A DNA stretch of 59,783 bases, from positions 62,001 through 121,783 of the forward strand of contig JABANN010000024.1 of assembly GCA_013115125.1 (NCBI GenBank), given 5' to 3'. The notes under the pieces are model-generated. The model made no database searches, had not been told where the DNA came from, and saw only the letters and a list, made by a program, of their open reading frames with translations. Shown in pieces: positions 25,665 through 35,508 of this stretch (its first letter is position 1; the number at the start of each line of letters is the position of its first letter). Made by a program: the position numbers and the translations under genes. The DNA comes from Perkinsus olseni. Lineage: Eukaryota.

Positions 25665-26480
25665 CTAGGATGGGCCCGTAACAGGCAAACCATTCAACCA
25701 CTCAAGGGCCCTAGCCGCTGCGTCCTGCTCAGCACTCCCTTTGCTGAGGGCTCCGATACCGTCGAAGGTCCTATCATCAGGCATGCACCCCAGCCTCAAG
25801 ATCGACTTGAACAGATTCTCCTTATCCTTCATCTGCTCCGTGTGGTAAGTAACATCCACTCGAGTGACCGGTCGGCCGAGTTGCCGCTGCAGAGCATGGT
25901 TCAGTCGGCTCTTCGCGTCCATTCGACAGACACTAGCCTCCGGACCAGCCTGCTGGCCCGCAGCAACTCGCAACGCTAGTGTATCCTCGATGAGCGTATC
26001 CCACGACTCCAAGGCACTCCTGCAAGCATCCTGATCGGCCTGCTTTTTCTTAGAGCAGGGATCGGACCGGAAATCAATTCCGAAAACACTGACCGTGCAC
26101 ATGAACCCAGCACCACCGTCCAGCGCATCATAGGAGAAGCTGAGCTCAGAAGCATCAGGATTGCGACCCAACGCTTGTTGCAGCTTCTCACCGAGCCGAC
26201 CACGAAAGTTCCACAGCCCATCACTAGAACTTTCAACACCAGTGCTACCACCGCCCTCTGGGTAAGGCTCCGCCGCGATCGAGCCGAACGTCGAAGGCTT
26301 AGTGCTGGCCACCGACGGCGCCGACTGTTTGCCGATGTACAGTCTACTCTCGGCCGAGTTGGTGCCCGAACGGCGTGTGAGAGAACCGTATCGGCTTTGC
26401 TGCCTCTCGTCCGACTTCCGCGCCAAGCGCTGCCGCTGCATCAGTTCAACAAGCTGCCGTTCAAGTCCGATAACCTGAGA
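25665..26480 (-). CDS. Double-stranded RNA-binding protein with two dsRBDs, 5' exons unresolved
   Basis: NFRGRLGEKLQ..FMCTVSVFG..KKKQADQDACRSAL and DAKSRLNHALQ..FKSILRL..SKGSAEQDAAARAL, which fit the dsRBD alpha-beta-beta-beta-alpha pattern with KxxAxQxA. Confidence 0.8.
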   Translation of the reverse strand, partial: SQVIGLERQLVELMQRQRLARKSDERQQSRYGSLTRRSGTNSAESRLYIGKQSAPSVASTKPSTFGSIAAEPYPEGGGSTGVESSSDGLWNFRGRLGEKLQQALGRNPDASELSFSYDALDGGAGFMCTVSVFGIDFRSDPCSKKKQADQDACRSALESWDTLIEDTLALRVAAGQQAGPEASVCRMDAKSRLNHALQRQLGRPVTRVDVTYHTEQMKDKENLFKSILRLGCMPDDRTFDGIGALSKGSAEQDAAARALEWLNGLPVTGPS

Positions 26481-27631
26481 ATGGAGAAAGATCGCACACA
26501 CCGAGAGCTGGCCGCCACCGGATACGAAAGCGATTTAGGTTGCATCACAACCTACAGTGATGCATGAATGTCTCTGCCAGGGCTCTTGAAGTTGATACCA
26601 ATGAAGTAGACGCAGTGGGTAGCATTGCTAGTTGAGTGGCACTCGTGCCGCCAGGAGTCTAGGACCAGTTCCAGGCAGCAGGGTTCTAGGGAGAGAACAA
26701 GTGTCTCGTCCGACTAGATCTCCACAGGCGGAAGGCTCCGATCGGACACTTCAATCAAGACTGATAAAACGTCACCAAACGCACGATGTTGTGTGATGAT
26801 ATTTGAAGTCAGGGCACTCGTAGACAGAGTAGATCGCCGAACAAATCAAAGACAGAGCACATCCACGCATCAAGCTGTAGTGCCTCTATCGACTCGACGG
26901 TGGACCGGACAACTCTCCGTAGAGCGAAGGTTATAATCCCAACTTGACCAGGATGAATATCCCGTCAATCATCAGGCCGAACGTTTTGCTCCGAGAAACG
27001 TCCGAACCCGACTCGAAGGAAATCGAGGACTCATACTCGGGGGACGCGAACGTTTTTGACTCTCTGGAAGCAAAAGGTGGTGTGCCCGAGGAACAAAAAC
27101 TGTATTTATACAGTTGAACATCTGCCGCTGAAATAACATCGCCTTGGAGACGAGCCCGCGTCATGCAAGGGCGCCCCTCAACAGTACTGGGAATCTTGAG
27201 TGCTCTCTGACCAACTCCAGAACCTCCTTCACATCAGACGAGGAAGGCTCGGGATTGAACTCCGAGAAGGGCGATGAGTCGGTGATCCTGAAGCATCGGG
27301 GACTCATAGGGAGCCGCTGGCCAAGTGACAATCGGAGAGCCCATGCTCACCTTTTGATGATCCGAGCACCGTCCTTCGTTATCTGCCATCGCTCTTCCTC
27401 CAGAGAGCCTTTGAAACCTATTGAGACGAAAGCCTCCGGTCGTGGATAGACTCTGATCTCTATCGACTGCAGTCGCCGTGCTATGTTGACGAAGGGATAA
27501 AACCTATTGTACTGTACACGAAGCCGCAGTGGAGAGATGCCCCACAACTCTGAGCCGTAAGAGGGGAAACAAGTGAACGTATGCAAGGAGGTTGGAATTT
27601 TTGCGCCCAACAGTACAACAAGATAAACTCA

Positions 27632-29081
27632 TTAAAGCTCCAACTTCTCTTGAGGCTGTTTCCGCTTCTCTTTAAAGGCCTCCAACGCCTCGTTCCAGGC
27701 TTCTTGAACCTGAAGTGGCTGCAAGGTCGCGGACATTGATTCCGAGGCGAGCTACATTGCTAGATGCAACGCTCATCACAGCTACGAATAAGAGCTATGG
27801 CGGGACTCACCTGCTTTGCATTAGAGGCCTTCCGTCGATCAGGCAGAGCGGTTACGTCGACTGCCGCTCCTCCGTCCTTGATAGCGTCAGACCACCACAT
27901 AACCAGACCAGGCAATAATGGTGCAGTTTTACGTAAAGATATCTCCACGACGCGATGGCAGCCGTCCGTCACCTGAAAAGTCGCGACGGTAATCGTTATC
28001 GCACTATGAACTTGTTTGCAAGAGGCGGCACTGGCAATGATGGCAATACTTGTGACACACCCAAGATGTGCCGTCCTCTGTGATACGGAGTCCGTATCAA
28101 TTCCAGAATTAAAACGAATCACTTACATCCTTCATTTCCCAGGAAATGTCGTCTTCTGGATCGTCCATTTTCACAGGGAATTCCAGGTGGCCGGAAAAGT
28201 ACGAATCATCACCTAAACTGCTGCCTATAAGTTAAATGCACGTTTGGCAGCACTCCAGAGAAGATTCGCGAGTGCACCATCTAAATCCGAGAGACCCCGA
28301 ATGGTTACCTGCGAGGTCAACCCTCAACTCGTTGTCTCGCTCAACGGTAATCGCTTTGATATCTTTCCCTTTGGTGTGCTTCGGAACTATCACCGAGATT
28401 GTGATCGAATCTTTAGTTTGCGACCAATAGTATCTACGCATACAGCACTACATCCTTCCAGATTGACTCATTCGCCCCGACACCGATTCGTCGGGTGAAT
28501 CTTATCCCGACCCCGAGCGAGCCAGCCGCCGTCGGCCCGCTCTTATCACCTCATATCACCTTAACATCCTCAGATCACAATTGAGCGAAGATACTCGGTC
28601 GCACGATCCCAGGCAGCACCCCGAACAGACGCGGCCTAGCACATTCCCATCCCTTAGTACTTGTCGCACTTCGAACCGTTCCGGATATACACCCCGTTCG
28701 TGTAGTCACCACTGTGGTCCTGAGCCGCTCCCCGTGGCTTCGACGATTGGGAACCTACATCTGGCACTAGTCGAGCTAACTCCGTCGATCCGGCGCCGTC
28801 TTGCAAGAAAATCCGACTTCCTCCCGACTCACTCGATTCCGCTGACTTCTTGCCCTGGCCGAGCGTTACGGAGACTGGTTTGTCGTAGGAACGCACCTGC
28901 AACCCTCCGGGACCAGTAGTCGTAGAGACCGGTGGTTCCCCCTGAGTGAACCGTCACACTGTACACGACGACGCGTATGGCTGCCCACCTCGATGTACAT
29001 ATCATCGTCGTCTTCTCCTCTCTCCGACGAGGAGGAGCTCGACAGATCGAGGTTGTCCCACTTGGAGTAATCCAGCACCAT
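27632..29081 (-). CDS. CS (p23/NudC-like) domain protein, multi-exon
   Basis: MVLDYSKWDNLD start; YYWSQTKDSITISVIVPKHTKGKDI (CS core); VEISLRK..WWSDAIKDG; last exon QEAWNEALEAFKEK...LEL*. Confidence 0.75.
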
Positions 29082-29526
29082 GTACGTGAACCCAATGGCA
29101 CAACTAAGGAAGAGGGCGTCTCGGTACAACTAAGTCGACGAGAGCAATCCTGAAGGGTAAGCGAAGCGCGAGGGTTCGTACTGTCCCGGTTCCTGCCGGG
29201 CTTTGGAACTTGAACACAACCCGAGAAGGCGGAAGGCTACCAAAACTTGTTCGTCATGACACTGTGAGACATCAATTAACGGCTTACACTATCCAACAAT
29301 TAACGGCTAAGCATGACTACTAGTCCATATTGGAGAGGGTTCAACCGAACCCAAATCGGTATTACCGATACCAAGCATCGACCTAGGATACCAACTAGTA
29401 CCCTCCTACGAGTAACAGCAGATGGGACCGACTACCACTAAGCATGAGCCGCCCTTGCGAACCTACTGCCGAACACGGCAGAGCCAACACTGAGAGAATG
29501 GGCGAGCTTTCTCGGCAACACGCCGA

Positions 29527-30906
29527 TCAAAGGCTGATAACAGGCCGCGTTATAATCCGTGATTCCACACTATGTGCCAGAGAATACCGATGGCCGCTCG
29601 GGGAGAAGTCGCAAGTAGTGAGCGTGACAGTTGGGGATATCTCCCCCACTCCATTGTAGGCATCCGAACTACCATCCATGCCAAACTCCCTCATCTCCCT
29701 GGCCAAGCGTTTGCTCCTTCTCCGTAACAGGAATATCACGTTACCGACCAGTCCTACTATCAGGACGCTTGTTACAGTCCATCTTGAGATCATCGTCCAC
29801 ATAGACCAGCTAACGAGCCATTCTACTACCTCACAGCGACTAAGGCACCAGCCATTATTCGCGCCTTCCGGTACCTCCTCTCCCTCTGAAATGTGCTCTG
29901 CGTATTCTATACAGTCGTCGAAGCTCATGAACACAACCTTCCTGTCCTCTGCCGCCCGCATTTGCATCTTCTCTTCTATCGACTCATCATCGCAGTAAAT
30001 CTGGCCTAACTTCGGGCGTGTAGAAACATCTTCCGCCATTTCTTCTTCCGTCCCATCATCCATCTCGCCATCTCCCATCTCCCCCTCACTCGGCCCACTG
30101 CCGTTACCCGAGTCATCCTGCATATCGCCACTGTCGTCCCGGCCCTCTGTCATCCCTGGCTGCTCTGTAGCAGCCTCCGTAGTATCGCCCACCATTCCTT
30201 GCTCTCTATCGCCGTCATCACCTCCACCCGGGGCCATTGTTCGATCCATGCCATCCACACCTGTCGTAGGGCCCATATTACCATCATCCATCCCACTTCC
30301 ACCAGGCGGGTCCATGCTGTCCATGGACTGCTCAATAGAAGTCCTCCGACGTATGCTCGGCGGCCACCCCTCTACTCTCAACCCATCAGGTGGCAACAAC
30401 AGCTGTCGGCGGCGGCCCATCCCCGACCCGCCCAGCAGCTCTTCGCACCCCTCTGCAGTGGGATCATCACACAGCATAGCCCCACTGCACCCTCCTTGAT
30501 ACCACAATCCCACGTACCCGGCCCAGATGCTATAATAAAGGCCCCGACTGGCCAAGGGAATCCCGTCATTCGAGAGCAGTTCCTTCTGTAGGCCAGCATA
30601 GACAGTATACCAGTAGGTGTAGGTCCCTGCTGATATCGAGAACAGCGCTATTAGAACAAGGAAAAGAAGCAGGAAAGATGACACCATCCAGGGATTGAAC
30701 CCGCGCCTCTGTATACAATAGCCGAAGATCCCCAGCACTATCAGTAGTATACCGGATACTAGCAACACTACCGAGGCCCATATCGGCGTCATGTGTATCG
30801 AGTAGGAGAGCTGTTGGACTGAGTTGGCGATGATAATACAGCCCATAACTACCGGTATAATATTGAGGAAGATGTGGACTGCGCTCCAGCCTCGTCGACA
30901 TTTCAT
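29527..30906 (-). CDS. Tetraspanin-like four-TM protein with an acidic Gly/Met-rich insert in the large loop
   Basis: Three N-terminal hydrophobic segments, a Cys-containing large loop (GGCSGAMLCDD, YCDD, WCLSRC) and one C-terminal TM. Single exon; start taken at MKCRR. Confidence 0.7.
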   Translation of the reverse strand: MKCRRGWSAVHIFLNIIPVVMGCIIIANSVQQLSYSIHMTPIWASVVLLVSGILLIVLGIFGYCIQRRGFNPWMVSSFLLLFLVLIALFSISAGTYTYWYTVYAGLQKELLSNDGIPLASRGLYYSIWAGYVGLWYQGGCSGAMLCDDPTAEGCEELLGGSGMGRRRQLLLPPDGLRVEGWPPSIRRRTSIEQSMDSMDPPGGSGMDDGNMGPTTGVDGMDRTMAPGGGDDGDREQGMVGDTTEAATEQPGMTEGRDDSGDMQDDSGNGSGPSEGEMGDGEMDDGTEEEMAEDVSTRPKLGQIYCDDESIEEKMQMRAAEDRKVVFMSFDDCIEYAEHISEGEEVPEGANNGWCLSRCEVVEWLVSWSMWTMISRWTVTSVLIVGLVGNVIFLLRRRSKRLAREMREFGMDGSSDAYNGVGEISPTVTLTTCDFSPSGHRYSLAHSVESRIITRPVISL

Positions 30907-31719
30907 AGTGAGGAGGAGACACAACTGCCGACGCCCAACCAAAGCTCTACTCGAAGGGCACATCCTGTGTCGAGGAAAGCTGCAGCTGTATGAAAAAAGT
31001 CCGATTATGCCTCAAGCACACATCGCACTATAATCACAAGAGCAGTCAGAGTAATGGCTGGAACCTCACGCTGGGTATGAACTCAGTACCATCCATTTTG
31101 CCCGCCCTGACCGATAATACCACCGCCCGATCGATATATTGATAACACCGAGCCTCATTACGAGCCTCAATCTACCTCTGTTGCATCAGATACACACAGT
31201 GAAAAAAGGCTAGGTAACCTCGCAAGTACTACCGCGTTCTCTGTTTGGGGGTACTGGAGAGGAGCTCATTCGGGGGGCGACTGCATAAACCCTTGGCGAT
31301 GGCCACCATAGGAATTCGGCCGAGCGCAGAAATTCACAAAAGGCGCTGCTGCAACATTCGCATCGGAATGTGAGCCGCCCACACTGCAGGAAGCATGCGG
31401 CAGTCGGCGAATGTATGCCTAATTAGTTTTCACAGGATAGTACTGTTCATAATAGGGACAGGAGAGAAGACGATTAGATTTCTATAACAAGCGCTGTTGC
31501 GCTCACTCAGACGATAGAATAAGGACTACACTTCTACTACGCGATGACGTTCACAATGGCTGAGTAGCAGTAACTAGTGCAACAACAAGAATAACAAAAT
31601 GCCATCTCACGCTTGTGTCTTCCACCAGCAAGACGACGACCCCGTGTGAAGGCGGGATGGCACTTAGAAGTGTACAGGAAGTAACAACATGAGCTTACTG
31701 TAGTTCTGCAGGAAGACCA

Positions 31720-31751
31720 CGACGACGACGATGACGATGATGATGACGACT
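31720..31751. repeat. (GAC/GAT)n microsatellite
   Basis: gacgacgacgatgacgatgatgatgacgac. Confidence 0.8.
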
Positions 31752-31796
31752 ACTTCCAGAAATCCTATTAAGTGCCACTCGGGCAGCCACTACATG

Positions 31797-32708
31797 TTAA
31801 ACCTTCACAATAGATTCTTCGGTCGATGGTGGCAGGGGGTTTCTCAGCCACCAATTGGAGCCTGAAACTGTCCGACTGATGTAGACAATCTCTTGATGCT
31901 CTTCCATGATGACCTTTCGACGATTCAGAAGATACATCGCGTTCAGAGCAACCGCTGCCAGCATGACAACAGTGAGGGCCCACATCAACAGCATGTTGTA
32001 AAAGTTCCAATTCTGAGTTCGATACAAGAGCGTATCCAAACTTGCACACCACGAGTTTATTTGCCCTTCACTCGCAGAAGGCTCCGTCAACCTAGTAGAG
32101 TTCTTGCACTCCCAGAAATAAGGCTGTCTTGCGCTCTTGGACTCATGCTCAACTCCCTCCTGCCAACGCGTGAACGCCGCTCCCAGACTACTTTCACCTT
32201 CACAGACCACTTCAGTCAACTTCACAGGATCTTCAAGGCATTTGCCATCATCTTCACATTCCCCACCCTCACACGTCCCCCACATCTCAAAAAAAGTGCC
32301 TCTCATCTTCACAACGCTCCCTCGCTGACCAGGCGTCCACTCTTCTGGAGCGTAATGATCTTGGTGACCGACTTCGGAGTGAATGCTCACCCAGTCCACG
32401 TACCCAATAGTCGCCGAAATAGCTCCACTAACGTAAAGCGCCAACAACACCATACAAACGGTGAAGAAGGACCAGATGAGACACCAGCTGCTGCTGCGCT
32501 TGGTTGCAACACACGCCAGAACAGCGAGCAACGTCATCATAACACCCGAGAAAAGTACGACAAGAATTCGCCATCTCTCAACTAACTCCGCCATGTGGCT
32601 GGAAAGTAGGAAAAAACCGTAGCCCACCATGACCATCCCGAAACAGCATGGTATCAGATTAAGCGACCAGATCAACGACCTGCCGTGGGGAGTAGTGCAA
32701 ATGGTCAT
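31797..32708 (-). CDS. Tetraspanin-like four-TM protein, paralog of the 29.5-30.9 kb gene
   Basis: Same 3TM + Cys loop (CEGGECEDDGKC, VVCE, WEC, NSWC) + TM layout, with shared LNxIP and NxWC motifs. Start taken at MTICTT. Confidence 0.7.
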   Translation of the reverse strand: MTICTTPHGRSLIWSLNLIPCCFGMVMVGYGFFLLSSHMAELVERWRILVVLFSGVMMTLLAVLACVATKRSSSWCLIWSFFTVCMVLLALYVSGAISATIGYVDWVSIHSEVGHQDHYAPEEWTPGQRGSVVKMRGTFFEMWGTCEGGECEDDGKCLEDPVKLTEVVCEGESSLGAAFTRWQEGVEHESKSARQPYFWECKNSTRLTEPSASEGQINSWCASLDTLLYRTQNWNFYNMLLMWALTVVMLAAVALNAMYLLNRRKVIMEEHQEIVYISRTVSGSNWWLRNPLPPSTEESIVKV

Positions 32709-33159
32709 AAACCAAAGTGGGCTGTCAGGAACGTTCTTACGATGATCAATCTTAATTTCTTGGCGCGTGACAAGAAGCAACAGACTTAGCGCTTCAGGCG
32801 AGGATTCGATTACCTTTTGTCAACTCGGAACTAACACAACACAAGGCACCGCCGACAAAAGATACACAGATAACTGAGAAGTCACCCGCTACAATTTGTC
32901 AGTGAGGCCCCGTGAAAGGAGCAGCCTGCTCCGAGCAGGATGGCCGACAATCACCCCCGCCTCAAGGGGTAAGATAACATGGTATTATGAACTTATGAGC
33001 GCTTAGCGATCGAAGTATAGCTCTTCGATGAGGTCCTCACCGCATAATGATGTGGGTGAAAGTTTTTAGCCCAATGCCAGAACCAGCTTAGTTCGGTAAG
33101 AGTCTTCAAGGGATCCAATCATTTCCTGACTATGACATGCACTGCCAAAAAGCTACGCT

Positions 33160-33985
33160 AGCGTCTATTCAGACTGAGAAGCTTCCTTGGCGTTAGCAAT
33201 GAGGGATCATCCGCTGATCAACTTTAATGGGGCCCTCAGAGAGAAGATTACAAGTCAGCGGCACGCCATTGTCGACAGAGCCTCAGAATCCGATGAAGCG
33301 GAACGACTTCAATTGCACATCACTGGGGGCATTCCATTCACCTCATCATAAAGACTAATCGAAAGGTTGTTCATTCACAGACAGCCGCCAAGGGCGTCTC
33401 GCATAAAGCAGGTGAAATCATCGAGGACTGACATTCTTCGCTACTTGGATAGGTTACTCAGCGAGCGCTTCAGCGCCGCAGCCGTTTCAAAATAGCTTTG
33501 TGTTCGAAACTTTGAGATTCTCGGGAACAGCGCACTCTCGAGAGCCAGGCTGATATCTTCTTGGTTGAACACAGTTGAGCCACTCGTGAACCAATTCCCT
33601 AACCGGAATCGGATACTTCAAAGGCTAGACTACCTCCGGCATGTTCACACTCTCCACCTAGCAGACAGCTTGGGAAACCAGCGCAGAGATCATTGGTGTG
33701 CAAGTGGTAGCAGACACTCTGCCAACTATGTACGTGAATAATCAGGGCCAGCGCGGAAACCAGAATGAAATGTACGCTCACCTTAACGGGACTGAACCCG
33801 TGATACCTGTGAAGAGTACTCGCGAGGACGTTAGAATCCTCGGTCACGCAGTAAAGTGAGAATCCAACATCGTAACTAGCAGTTACTAACGACTCGACCG
33901 TGTCGGACATAAAAGCGTCGAAAAGAGCACACGTCACGTCACAATCCTCGATTCGTAAGGCACCCCGGACGGTTGCGACACGCAT
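33160..33985 (-). CDS. Hypothetical multi-exon gene, possible host of snoRNA copy 1
   Basis: ATG-initiated ORF 33985-33599 with an internal GTGAGC donor, and downstream GT-AG pairs flanking the snoRNA. No recognisable domain. Confidence 0.35.
33232..33330 (-). ncRNA. Box C/D snoRNA, mgU6-47/SNORD7-like, copy 1
   Basis: Minus strand: GCCCCCA-GTGATGT(box C)...CTTCATCGGATT-CTGA(D')...GACTTGTAATCTTCTCT-CTGA(D)-GGGC, with a terminal stem. The guide TAATCTTCTCT is complementary to U6 AGAGAAGAUUA. It lies in a putative GTGAAT..GCTAAC..CTCAG intron (~33174-33341). Confidence 0.85.
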
Positions 33986-34327
33986 GACATAATAGCGTGG
34001 CCTCTAAAGCATCTTGAATCCTCATAAATAAGTCGCAAAAAAGCTATTACGCTCAAACTACTCCCACCAAATTTGTGATTCGTCTCCGGAGGATAGACGA
34101 GGCAAGGCGAACTGATCCTTGTCCATCTTCCCTAGACTCAATTGGCCAATGTGCCTTCCCAACTCCATCAACCCATCATCAACTCAAGAGAATGAAACTA
34201 ATCTGTATCAGATGTAGCATAGGTATGCTTACTGAACGGCGAGCGGGTCTCTTGAGAAGAAGAATCAATGCATCAGCCGCTCAGTAATGAATGGTAGTGG
34301 TGCTGGTGGAAGTCATCAACTTTCCGT

Positions 34328-35250
34328 TTACAACTTCTCCATGATGTTGGAGGACCTCGAGCACGAGAGACCAGTTCCATCAGGTTCGACCTCGAGATCA
34401 GTGATCTTGCCGTTGTCGATGATAGCGGCGAACCTCTTGGTACGAATGGGTCCGAGGACACCACTGGCATCGAAATCAGTGCCGAGAGCCTGAGAGGGAT
34501 GCATCATCAGCACAGCACAACAGCAGAGGCCACCCGCCGACACTCTGTTGAGACCGTGACCCTCTATTTTTACCTTGGCAGCATCGCCATCGACATCAGA
34601 GAGCATGCGAACCTTTCCATCAGCGCCCTTGATCTTTCCCCAAGCTTGCATCACGAAGGCATCATTGACGGCCATGCAGGCAACAGTCTTCACACCCTTC
34701 TGTTGGAGCTTGTCGTAATCACGAATGAATCTAAAGAAAAACGACCATTAAACAACGCAAACAGATGAACTCCAAAGCCATTCAAGCCAACGGCGATTGC
34801 TACTCTCAGAGAGAAGATTACAAGTCACGAGCATCCATTGTCGGTGCTGCTGCTTCAGAATCCGATGAAGTAGAACGAGTTTATCACTTTAACATCACAG
34901 AATAGCACCAACCACTTAAACCCCATTCAACCTTCCCACGGACAACGTACCCAGGCAAATGAGACTGATCGCAGGTTGGGGTGAAGGCACCGGGGACGCC
35001 GAAGAGAATACCCTTATCTTTGCCGAAAATGTCGCGAAGCGACTTTTTGTCACCTGAACAGAATTAACGCATAACCAGAGCCAGATTTTCACCCAGGCTC
35101 GCTGTACTTACCAGGGTCAGCCTCTCTAACAGCCACATCGGGCAAAGCATCACCGACAGCAACAGAGAAGCACCTAGCGGCCATCATACGGCTAGCGGGT
35201 GCTGCTGCGAGAGCAGCGGGAGCGAATCCAGTAGCAACACGAGAAAGCAT
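34328..35250 (-). CDS. PRDX5: Peroxiredoxin-5 (type II Prx) with a probable mitochondrial presequence, 4 exons
   Basis: [29 protein letters not shown] presequence; [18 protein letters not shown] active site; [42 protein letters not shown]. Confidence 0.93.
34801..34904 (-). ncRNA. Box C/D snoRNA, mgU6-47/SNORD7-like, copy 2, inside PRDX5 intron 34731-34950
   Basis: TATTCT-GTGATGT...CTTCATCGGATT-CTGA...GACTTGTAATCTTCTCT-CTGA-GAGTA. Boxes and guides are identical to copy 1, while the spacers and terminal stem (TATTC/GAGTA) differ. Confidence 0.88.
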
Positions 35251-35508
35251 ATTCGAATGAACTAATGAAAAAACCTGAAAAAGTAAATTCTTGAATGGCA
35301 TGCCTTGATGATGAACTGCCACTGATCACGACCAGCAGCACCGCAGCTTTCGCTGCGCCCTAGCGATCGACGGGACGGCGAAGATGCGAATCTTTTGTGT
35401 GCGGGAAGCTTGCGATGGGCTGTCGCTTACTCCATCGTGTGGGGCGCATCCCCGAATGCACAACATTCTCAACTACGTTGTTAACGCGACAGCGACTCGC
35501 GAGAAACG

